The notes beneath the pieces were generated by a model. That model was not told the origin of the DNA. It worked only from the letters and a program-made list of their open reading frames with translations, and searched no databases. A DNA stretch of 18,978 nucleotides from Octopus sinensis (taxonomy: Eukaryota). Shown here piece by piece: positions 1 to 9,131 of the stretch. Position 1 is the stretch's first letter; each line of letters opens with the position of its first letter. The stretch lies in contig NW_021824366.1 in NCBI RefSeq assembly GCF_006345805.1, positions 1-18,978 on the forward strand. Direction: 5' to 3'. Made by a program: the position numbers and the translations under genes.

Positions 1-75
1 TATATATATATATATATATATATATAACTGTCTGTCTGCACATCTGTCTATCTATCTATCTATTTATCCAGCTAT

Positions 76-171
<96 letters not shown>

Positions 172-172
172 T
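1..172. repeat. (TA)n followed by (TCTA)n microsatellite
   Basis: Direct reading: TA run 1-26, (TCTA)n about 47-172. Confidence 0.97.
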
Positions 173-348
173 TATCAATCTCTCTGTCTATATGAAGATA
201 TATATTTGTCTGTTTGTAACATTGTATAACTACCTATTTATTTATACATATATTTTTGCATATTTTGCTATTTTTTTGCATACTTAAATTTTTGCATAAA
301 TCTATCTATGTACATATTTAGAACATTCAATAATTGACAGTTAGTCCG

Positions 349-670
349 TTAGTCCGAATGAAAGCCATTTGTCAACGTATCCCAAGGGAGGCACGCCACT
401 CAATGCTTACAAATACACTCGAAAACACACAACCAAAGACATCTTGACGGGCAACGAATAATTTTAAAGAACTTCTAACAAGTTTCGCACCATCTGCTCA
501 GTCGAGTATTTGAAAGTCAATACGCCTTCTGTTCTGCAGGGCATGTGTACGTCGGTTTCTGTTCTCTATCGTTTCCAAAGCTGAAGATGAACAAGTTTCA
601 ATTGGAGAAAAGTTCGAAGATGGTGCTTATGAAATCATTCCACCTCTCTATATAGTAAGAGCAACAGAGG
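349..670 (+). pseudogene. Decayed reading frame, possibly a CRE-clade non-LTR retrotransposon relic (alternative: short host exon at 540/581-654)
   Basis: One frame reads LVRMKAICQRIPREARHSML..*..ELLTSF..*..EQVSIGEKFEDGAYEIIPPLYI. It loosely resembles the RIPKxAR...VSxKLExG pattern upstream of RT in CRE-like elements. Match is by eye only, with two stops. Confidence 0.25.
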
Positions 671-689
671 TTATGTGACGCTGGTTTAG

Positions 690-721
690 CATATATATAT
701 ATATGCATATATATTATATAT

Positions 722-774
<53 letters not shown>

Positions 775-917
775 TTAATAGTATAGATATATATATATAT
801 AGATATATATCTGTATTGTATGTATGAATCCAAGTATCTATATGTATATTTGTGTATATGAAGTACGTATGTATGTATGTGTATATGTATGTATGTAGGA
901 TTATGTTGTATATGTAT

Positions 918-961
<44 letters not shown>

Positions 962-1199
962 TATATATATATATATATGTAGTATGTATGCTTGTATGTA
1001 TGTATAAATCCAAGTATCTATATGTATATTTGTGTATGTATGAAGTACGTATGTATGTACATATGTATGTATGTGTATATGTATGTATGTAGGATTATGT
1101 TTGTATATGTATTTGTATGTATATATATATATAACTATGTATGTATTTAGTAATATATATGTATGTATGCATACTTGCATGCATGCTTGTATGTATGTA

Positions 1200-1235
<36 letters not shown>

Positions 1236-1380
1236 TGTATGTATGTATGTATGTATGTATGTATGTATGTATGTATGTATATATGTATGTATGTATGTAT
1301 GCATGTATGTATGTAGAATTATCTATGTATGTACAAATGTATTTATAAATGCATGCATTCATGTATCTATGTATGTGTCT
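690..1380. repeat. Compound (TA)n/(TATG)n microsatellite with an internal ~100-bp duplication
   Basis: Direct reading; the block AATCCAAGTATCTA...GAAGTACG...GTAGGATTATG occurs at about 821-919 and 1001-1114. Confidence 0.95.
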
Positions 1381-1659
1381 GTACCACTTTCCCGCTCACA
1401 TACTCTCACCGTTTTTCCATTCCCTTTTTTTCGTTCTCTCTCCATCTGTACAAAAAAAGACATTTATGCACGTGGCATGAAAATGAAAGTAATATTGTCC
1501 AATGAATATGCAAGCAGCGCGAAACTAGCGAAATGTGAATTTCCTTTTTTTCTACTTACTGAGAAATATAAACGTTTGCACACAATTGTTCACTTTTTGC
1601 ACGGTGGCTTATAATTTAAATTTTCTATATCAACATGCATTACAATTCACACTGACAAC

Positions 1660-1822
1660 CAGCCAACCAACTAAACACACGTTCACACACAACACATACA
1701 CTTACACACATGCGCTAACACATACACACAAACACATATACACACACACGCACGCACACGCACGCACACGTACACGCACACTTACACGTACCCCTCACTC
1801 TCTCATACACACACAAATATAT
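1660..1822. repeat. Degenerate (CA)n/(CACG)n microsatellite
   Basis: Direct reading. Confidence 0.9.
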
Positions 1823-2072
1823 ATAGAAGTAAACATAGCACAAATAACAACAATAAAATATGAGGCAAAGAGGAAGCAAACAAAAAATGCTACGTAGATT
1901 GGGACAAACAATTGCACGTGAATGAAAAGCGTAAAAATATACAGCCCAGAAAAAAACAAAGAAGTCCACAATGAAGCGTGGTACAAATGGGAATCTGATA
2001 CTTTGGCCGATACGCTTTATGTACGAAAGTGAAAAATAAGAATTGGGAGGCAAGAGGCAAGAGAAAAAGTGA

Positions 2073-2106
<34 letters not shown>

Positions 2107-2153
2107 CAATGACAAATCTCAGAGCGAGTTATAAACAGTAGCAGCAACACATC

Positions 2154-2510
2154 GTGACGTATATTTGCCATTTGAATATGGCTAACCCCTAAGGGTGGAT
2201 GCTACTGTAGTTTGTAGCCCCAGGAAGACACCTCCTCCAGCTGGCTATAGACACACTTTCTGTGCCCTATAAAGGAACCGAATTCTCATCGACAACTATG
2301 ATTGCCACACGCCGATGACGGGTCAATACCCTGAAACTCGAGTCCGTGTGTATCATAAGTTGAAGACGGGAAGGATGGCTTCCCTTCGCAAATACTGATA
2401 GGGCACAGAAAGTGTGTCTATAGCCAGCTGGAGGAAGTGTCTTCCTGGGGCTACAAACTACAGTAGCATCCACCCTTAGGGGTTAGCCATATTCAAATGG
2501 CAAATATACG

Positions 2511-2514
<4 letters not shown>
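2154..2514. mobile_element. 361-bp foldback element: 117-bp inverted arms around a 127-bp ribozyme-containing spacer
   Basis: 2154-2270 is the reverse complement of 2398-2514, with one mismatch (C2232 opposite A2436). (TA)n lies at about 2075-2104 and 2515-2558. The inverted repeat is directly seen; mobility is inferred. Confidence 0.85.
2294..2361 (+). ncRNA. Minimal type I hammerhead ribozyme motif (Penelope-type) with U4C core variant
   Basis: Stem I CACACG(2306-2311)/CGTGTG(2345-2350), extended by TATGAT/ATCATA. Core CCGATGA at 2312-2318. Stem II GGGT-CAAT-ACCC. GAAA at 2333-2336. Stem III AC-[TCGA palindrome]-GT. Cleavage triplet GUC with C2344. Confidence 0.75.
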
Positions 2515-2555
<41 letters not shown>

Positions 2556-2560
2556 TATCC

Positions 2561-2645
2561 CGCTGAGGATAGCCCTGCATATAAATTGATGTAATGATTA
2601 CATTGTTCAATTAAATGGAGTCGCTTGAAACGGTTGTACTGCACC
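2561..2645 (+). ncRNA. Degenerate hammerhead-like motif with long stem II
   Basis: CTGAGGA at 2563-2569, GAAA at 2627-2630, then C-GGTT-GTA. The intervening sequence can pair (AGC/GCT, AATTGA/TCAATT, TGTAAT/ATTACA). Stem I is poorly paired. Confidence 0.35.
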
Positions 2646-2760
2646 ACCTCTTCATATCCTGTTGCTTATTTCGATTTTAATCACCTTATTTTGAATTTGT
2701 ACGGATAATACAGCGCTAATATTTGGTGCTTCAACGTAAGTACCTAATTCATCTGAATCT

Positions 2761-3090
2761 CAAATATTTTGCTATACATATATAGATTATATGCATTTAT
2801 GTAGCAAAATATTTGGATTAAACACACTTTAAGCCAAATCACAACAATTGTTTCTGTGCATTATCATCAGCTGTTAGTTTCTAAGTGTTGTGAGATTGGG
2901 GTTAAAACCTGTTCTCTCCCTCTTCTTCTATAATAATTTCTTGTATGAATTCTGAGTACACTAACGGTTTTCCATATGCATATTCTGGAAGAAAATTCCT
3001 GCTCTTGGACAGCTTATAGTAGCCGATAATCGTAGAGAAGTCTTGGAAAGCAAATTACAAGGTTATTACCATCGTCATATAAAGTAATAT
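2761..3090 (-). mobile_element. Possible 3' end of a Penelope-like element with degenerate hammerhead motif
   Basis: Minus strand reads FNPNLTTLRN-stop (like the FxPxLN end of PLE GIY-YIG ORFs), followed within a few nt by CTGATGA-TAATGCACA-GAAA-C-AATT-GTT (plus 2843-2870). Stems I and II are decayed. Confidence 0.35.
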
Positions 3091-3124
3091 ATGCATATAT
3101 ACGAGTATATATATATACATACAG

Positions 3125-3168
<44 letters not shown>

Positions 3169-3194
3169 TCATACATACAATGCAATATTTGAAT

Positions 3195-3790
3195 CAAAGT
3201 CAGTGCATAACCTGGTTAATGATGTACCTTTCCAGCTGCATTTCAATAAAATGCAAACGGCTAGCCGCATGGATCCTTCGAAAATTCAGAACGAGATAGA
3301 ACAGGAAACCATGGTGGTCCTCTGGAGTTCATGTGTCCTCAACCATTTAGACTATGCTCCCAACTATGGACAGTATATAATGTAAAATTAACGTTGGAAT
3401 GCGAAGCAATCGAGAGAAGCTCCTAGAGCCTACTCACCCGAAGGAAGGCGGCAAAGGTATGCAGTGACGTATATCTGGAAAAAGTGGATGTACTTGTACT
3501 AAATTTTGGCATTAAAAGTTACGCAAACAGAAGAATGAGGAGCCACTGCTTTGTGCCAAACATACCAACATCACCGTCAAGATACTGGACCAGATGCTAC
3601 AACAGATTTCGTTTCGAGGGCCCACAACTTTTCAATATTCCGTCAAAATCCTGAGAGACTTTTATGGTATGACGTAGGTGTCTTGAAAACAAAACTAGAT
3701 CTCCTGCTGTCACGTGTTCCGGATGAATTTACCACGTGGTAAGAAACGCAGATGAGGCCACCAAAAGCAAACTTCACCAAATGATACATA
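3195..3790 (+). mobile_element. Decayed 3' part of a CR1/L2-group LINE ORF2
   Basis: Frameshifted peptides CKRLAAWILRKFRTR, VLWSSCVLNHLDY-CSQLW, RRQRYAVTYIWK..LVLNFGI and VGVLKTKLDLLLSRVPDE match the post-RT consensus GWILRTFRTR...LDYCSQLW...RERYxIIYxWK...FKxKLDxxLxxIPD. Confidence 0.85.
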
Positions 3791-4107
3791 TCAGAGATGT
3801 GAGGAGTGAAAGTGTACCAAATATATATATATATCGGTATTAGGTACGTGGGTAACCTAATACCGATTGATTTTCGTTATTTTTCCCTTTTGCCTGCGTG
3901 GATTGTTTTCAAGTACTTTGGTTTTTCTGGGAGCCCCTTTTAAAATAGAAGGAATAGCTAAGATTTTTTGATTGCTATTTCTAAACTTCGGTATGTGGCG
4001 AAGCAAATCTCTGCTGAACCCTAATTATAAAGTATTTTTCATGCCGAATTCTGCTTGGTGAAATTACTGATTACTTCTTATTAATTAATTTTACCCTTTG
4101 TTATTAC

Positions 4108-4143
<36 letters not shown>

Positions 4144-4144
4144 T

Positions 4145-4205
<61 letters not shown>

Positions 4206-4351
4206 ATTATATATATATGTATATATATTATGTATATAAATATACATATATATAATTATTATATATATGTATATATATAATATGTATATATACTATATGT
4301 ATAATTATACATATATAATATATATATATGTATATATATATCTATATATAC

Positions 4352-4384
<33 letters not shown>
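4108..4384. repeat. Degenerate (TA)n microsatellite
   Basis: Direct reading. Confidence 0.97.
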
Positions 4385-4388
<4 letters not shown>

Positions 4389-4660
4389 ATCCAAACAAGA
4401 AAACACAGAAAAAAAACACAGCAACGCGAGGACGTGGAACAATTAAAGTATTATTTGACGCTCAGGAAAGAAGGGAAGGGGGTTTAAAACGTTTCGAGCG
4501 GTGCTCTTCGTCGGAAACAAGGAAGAAGGAAGATCACAAGAAGGGAAGACAGAGGAAAAAAATATTTTTGCTGGTGGTGCTCAAGAGATCACATGTTGAA
4601 AGAACAGAAGTTGAGAGGTAGACGAATCATGATTTTTAAAAACAAGAGAGTTTCAAAAAA
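4385..4660 (-). mobile_element. Probable Penelope-like-element terminal fragment
   Basis: Purine-rich non-coding block between microsatellites that contains a minimal hammerhead motif on the minus strand; no coding evidence. Confidence 0.4.
4481..4518 (-). ncRNA. Ultra-minimal hammerhead motif (ACGT stem III, U4C core)
   Basis: Minus strand: GTTT-CCGACGA-A-GAGC-ACC-GCTC-GAAA-CGT-T-TT-AAAC. Stem I GTTT/AAAC is offset by two extra T in this copy. Confidence 0.55.
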
Positions 4661-4664
4661 AGGA

Positions 4665-5510
4665 ATGTGTGTGGGTGCGTGTGTGTGTGCAAGGATGACA
4701 AGTGTGTTTGTGCGTGCGTGCGTGTGTGTGTGTGTGTGTATGTATGGTGAATAATAAGCATGGCAAGTTAGCTGTCATAAGGCACTCCTTTATGACAGCT
4801 AGCTTGTTTGTATCCAGCCAGGTCAAAAAACAAAGGGGTATATGTGTGTGCGTGTAGGTATATGTATCATGTGTGTGTGTTGTTTGTAGTGTGTGTGTGT
4901 GCATGTGTGTGTTCGTGTGTGTATGCGTAGAGTGTGGGTGTGTGGCGAGTAACTGTGCTTAACCTAGTGTATGTGTGCGTGTGTGCTTGTACGTGCGTGT
5001 GTGTGTGTAGGGATGTATGTGTGGGTTCATTTGTGTGAGTGTGTATGTATGTACGTGTATGTGTGTGCGTGTACGTGTGCGTTTGTATGTGTTTATGTGT
5101 ATGTGTGCATGCGCGGATAGGTGTATATTGTGTATGTATATCTGTCGGTGTATATGTGAGTTTGTGTGTGTTTGTACGTGTGTATGTGTGTGTGCGTGTA
5201 TAGTATATATATGTAAATGTGTGTGTGTGTGTGCGTGTGTGTGTACGTGCGTGCGAGTGAATGTATGTATATATGTGTGCGTGTGTGTACAATGTAGAGG
5301 CTTATATGTGTGTTTATATGTTTATATGTGTGTATGTATGTATGTATGTATGTATGTATGTATGTATGTATGTATATATGTATGTATGTATGTGTGTATG
5401 TGTGTAAGTGTGTGTGTGTAGATAAATGCACAGATAGACACATGGAAAGCTAAGCAGATATTTGCACAATGTGTGTGTGTATGTGTGTGTGATATATATA
5501 TATATATATA
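4665..5510. repeat. Long degenerate (TG)n/(TATG)n microsatellite field
   Basis: Direct reading; source of several spurious ORFs. Confidence 0.95.
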
Positions 5511-5511
5511 T

Positions 5512-5660
5512 ACGACGGGCTTCTTTGAGTTTGGGTCTACCAAAACCACTCACAAGGCTTTGGTCGACCCGAGGCTGTGGCAAAAGACACTGAACCCGAA
5601 TCATGTGGTTGAGAGACAAACTTCTTACCAAGGTTCGTTCTACACAGCCACGTCTGAGCC
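5512..5660 (-). mobile_element. SINE family A, 5' part with internal deletion
   Basis: Shares ACGACGGGCTTCTT...CCACTCACAAGGCTTTGGTCGACCCGAGG...CTGAACCCG with copies at 6989, 8461 and 9132. Confidence 0.75.
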
Positions 5661-5895
5661 TTATATATATATAATGTTATAAATGTGATAGAATTGTAAC
5701 ATATATTTTTAAATATCTGTTTGACATAGAAGAATCATGGTTTGGTATATAACTTAATACATTTGGCAGAAAGGATAGACATGTTTATGATATATGGAAA
5801 CTGATAGTCCGCTGAAAGTTTAGCCTTGTATAATGAAAGCATTTCTGATAAACAACAGAGAAACTCAAAGTAGACAGTGGCTTTCGTACATGACG

Positions 5896-6086
5896 TACAC
5901 ACAAACACACACACGCACACTCACACGCAGGCACACACACTCACACGCAGGGACACACACTGACATTTAATAAATCTTCTTATCTCTATTGTTTGTCCGT
6001 CTTCCGTGTGTGTGTATACGTGGTGTGTGTGTGTGTGTGTATGTGTGTGTGTGTGTGTTTGTGTGGTGTGTGTGTGTGTGTGTGTG

Positions 6087-6124
<38 letters not shown>

Positions 6125-6125
6125 A
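5896..6125. repeat. (CA)n block facing a (TG)n block
   Basis: CA-rich 5896-5960 and TG-rich 6006-6123. Confidence 0.9.
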
Positions 6126-6878
6126 ATAGATGTTTCTTGCAATGACTTCTGCAGTGTCACCGCTGAATATCTTTGTCTTACGTTTCTTTCCCTCTTACTC
6201 CTCCATATTGAATTCTTTGCTACAGTCAGGCATTCCGTTTTCATTCTGTCTGTCTGTCTCTCTCTTCTTAATGTTCTCTTTCTCATCTGTTGGCAATCTC
6301 CAAATTTTGTAACATGCTTTCCTTTTCCTTTTAATCTAAACAGCCGCTCTCATTCTACAAAATATCGATTTCACATCTCTTTCCTGTCTTTTCTTTCTCC
6401 CGTTAGAAATCCGAAGCAAAAGGACAGTTTTATCAGAAGCCTTGATAAATATAGAGCTGTTCTTGGTTATCACATTTCAAGTGATATTTATGAATTCAAT
6501 GATGAAAACAAATTCTTGGTTTGTGTTCGAATTACACTCACGCCCAAATGTCTAAAAAGTACTATGCAATAGATGACGTTTCCGTCAATAATATTGGCAA
6601 GAAGGAAAAGGAAAAGTGTTACTTGTACACGTTTAGATCTGATTTACGAATACGAATCGTCTCTTTCAAGTTGATGTTAATCATTTCTTTATATCAAACC
6701 GCCAAGGGACCGGGAATTTTCGTTATGCTGTTAAAATGCTGTGACAAAATTTCAGCTTTGGTTCCAGTACATATTTGACTACCTCGTCGAAGTTTTTAAG
6801 CAAAAAACATAAAAGTTTCACCTTGGTTTGGCAATACGGTGGGTTGCACCAATAAACTGACAACGCGCTCATCATCGA

Positions 6879-6988
6879 CAAGCTCGAGGATAAACTCGTA
6901 TATCGCCAAAATTTTAAAAGTTGCTTTTTATCAAAACAGCTGCGTTGACGTTAACAATTTTGCAATAGAAATTATGCAACTATTGGCA
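6879..6988 (+). repeat. ~105-bp unclassified segment X, copy 1
   Basis: 6925-6988 matches the reverse complement of the 9536 copy at 59 of 64 nt by manual alignment; both also share CAAGCTCGAGGATA at the far end. Confidence 0.85.
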
Positions 6989-7145
6989 TGGTGTGTCTGC
7001 GTGGTAAGTAACTTGATTACCAGCCACATCGTTCCGGGTTCAGTCCCACTGCGTGGCGCCTTGGGCAAGTGTTTTCTGCTATAACCTCGGGCCCACCAAA
7101 GCTGTGTGAGTGGCTTTGGGAGATGAAAACTGAAAGAATCCCGTC

Positions 7146-7233
<88 letters not shown>

Positions 7234-7385
7234 ATGTATGTGTGTGTATATGTTTGTATGTCTGTGTTTGTTTCCGTAACTTAGCAGTTCGGCATAGAAT
7301 AATTTCTGGGGTCGCTTTGTTCGACTAAAGGCGGTGCCCCAGCATGGCCGTAGTCAAATGACTGAAAAAAGTAAAAGAATAAAAG
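6989..7385 (+). mobile_element. tRNA-derived SINE family A with CORE-like segment and internal (TA)n
   Basis: B-box-like GGTTCAGTCCC, CORE-like CCTTGGGCAAGTG, (TA)n after CCCGTCG, tail GTAAAAGAATAAAAG. Confidence 0.85.
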
Positions 7386-7399
7386 TACAACCCAGTAAC

Positions 7400-7955
7400 A
7401 AGAAATTGAAAACTCAGTAACAAGTAGAAGCTAATGTTTTGTTCCCTTTACTGGATTTGGGGCAAGGTTTACGGCGTCTACAAGAATCTCCTACTTTCAT
7501 CCTTGATGTTCATGGAGTAAATGGAAAGACATTAACGATTAGTCTGTTGCATGCTAATGTCTGCCAACACAAATACATGGTTATTATAGCTGCTTTGAAG
7601 GTATTAATGACCGCAGTACTTTTCTCTTTGAACCTGAACAAAACATTTTACGAGAAGACTTTTTTCTGGATTTGGCACAGATAATGTTAGGTTTGTGCAA
7701 CATTGCCAAGAATTATGGAACCGGAGAGATTCTTGTTTGATGCCCAGTGATTGTCTGGAATGAATAAGGGAACATTGGAAACTGTGATAGGAACTATGTG
7801 AGATAGGGTGTTAAAGCTGAGGCTTAGAAATTGTATTGTCAGATCTTACCCGTGATCTCCATTGAATAAACATATACGGAATTTGTGTTTGCTTTAAATC
7901 GTCATCGTTTTGGCCCAAACCTCATCTTCAAACTGTCTACAAATACGACGGAATT
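7400..7955 (+). pseudogene. Helitron RepHel PIF1-family helicase relic (motifs I-III)
   Basis: FILDVHGVNGKTLTISLLHANV is like FFLDAPGGTGKTFLISLLLA; CNIAK..VIVWNE is like CNISK..LIVWDE; QILPVI is like RQTLPVI; FKSSSFW is like LKSSxLW. Confidence 0.8.
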
Positions 7956-7984
7956 GTTTTATCTTTGATTTGCTAAACTATGAA

Positions 7985-8400
7985 GAACTCAAGCACAAAT
8001 AATTTCTGCGTTTGTTCCTTTGGGGTCACTTACAGGCTCAGATAGCATGACTGCTACATTTCCCATTTACGATCTTATTTCACTAAATTCCATCCATTTC
8101 CTACCCAAAGTTTCAAGAGACTTCGTGTGTGCTATCGGACATTCATCCCAGATGATTATTTGACATCTCTTATGAAGGTGTTTGGTTTCTAATTTTCTTA
8201 TAATTTGGAAAGGGAATATTTCATTTCGGCAGTAATTGCGTCCATGAATCCATCTTCCGTTAACTTAATTCTTCAGACAGCAGAGGGATTGATGAATTGA
8301 TATCGGAGATGTTCCTCAATCTGCGAGATCATTAATCAACACAAAAGGAAGTGCCATGAAAATGTTAAGCCACACCATCAACTGGCGTCCACTGCAGATA
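7985..8400 (-). pseudogene. Second Helitron helicase relic (motifs I-III), opposite strand
   Basis: Minus strand VDAS*WCGLTF (decayed DAPGGTGKTF), RCQIIIWDECPIAHTKSLETL (CKLIVWDECTMAHKKSLEAL), PKGTNAEIICA (PKGTPADELxAC). Confidence 0.75.
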
Positions 8401-8460
8401 TTTCCAGCAAATAATCCCAGTCACAAATCAAAGGACATGCCGAAATTCAGAGGAGGGAAA

Positions 8461-8865
8461 TATCTTTTACGCATTTTACTTGTTAGACTGTGGCCATACT
8501 GGAGCACCGTATTGAAGAATTTAAGTCGAACGAATCGACCTTAGTTTTTTTTTATTTACGCCAGATACCTTTATCGGGTATTTTTTCTAGAACTGTTAAA
8601 TTACAAGAACGTAAACACACCTACAGTGGTTCTCGAGCGCTGGTGGGAGACAAATACACAAACATATACACAAACGTACACACTCATACACACACATACG
8701 ACGTGCTTTCCTTTCAGTTCCCTTCCACCGATTCCACTCACAAGGCTTTGATTGGCCCCGAGACTATTGTGGAAGACACACACCCAGGGTGCTACGCAGT
8801 GGGGCTGAACCCGGAACCCTGTGGTTGGGAAGCAAACTCCTTACCATACAGCAACACCTGCGCCT
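8461..8865 (-). mobile_element. SINE family A, full-length diverged copy
   Basis: Head GGCGCAGGTGTTGCTGTATGGTAAG at 8865 on minus, B-box GGTTCAGCCCC, internal CA-rich run, tail TATCTTTTACGCATTTTAC at 8461. Confidence 0.85.
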
Positions 8866-8884
8866 ATAATAGTTTAATCTCCTT

Positions 8885-9115
8885 AAAGAATATACAGAGG
8901 TCACTATCTTTGAAGACTTTAAAAGTAATTGAAATCTTCATGGCTGCTACCACAGAAACTTCAGAGAGGAATGATTGCCCAATAATAATGCCCCATAATT
9001 TGGATAAGCATGGAAACAAAATGTCACAAACAAATAACTAAGAAGCTTATATCATCCTAACGAGACTACGAAGGCTAAAAATAATTAAAAACTGATGCAA
9101 TTTTACGTAGAATTT
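8885..9115 (+). pseudogene. Possible highly decayed Helitron Rep-helicase linker
   Basis: TIFEDFKS resembles TSFEDLKT; AYIILT and TDAILRR resemble FAIILT and SEDILH. Weak. Confidence 0.25.
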
Positions 9116-9131
9116 CATCCATTTTAACAAA

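Noticed and set aside
686-1362. ORF-track proteins rich in YI/CM/HT/VC repeats (also 4098-5682, 5921-6286, 12118-12513, 16941-17698)
   Set aside because: Translations of microsatellites that lack stop codons by composition; not genes.
1880-2070. Complex sequence with short peptides (YVDWDKQLHVNEK, EVHNEAWYKWESD)
   Set aside because: Stops and frameshifts, no splice sites and no family I recognise.
2360-2400. Second hammerhead-like string TTGAAGA-CGGGAAG...CTTCCC-TTC-GCAAA in the foldback spacer
   Set aside because: Stem II is good, but C3, GAAA and stems I and III are all broken; cannot be supported.
2426-2472. CTGGAGGA...CAAACTACAGTAG in the foldback arm as a hammerhead variant
   Set aside because: Needs several core changes and has no stem I or NUH site.
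8200-8277. CTGAAGA...GAAA on the minus strand (similar strings at 581-610 and 11230-11293)
   Set aside because: No stems form; the 8200 case lies within the Helitron helicase relic. Chance matches.
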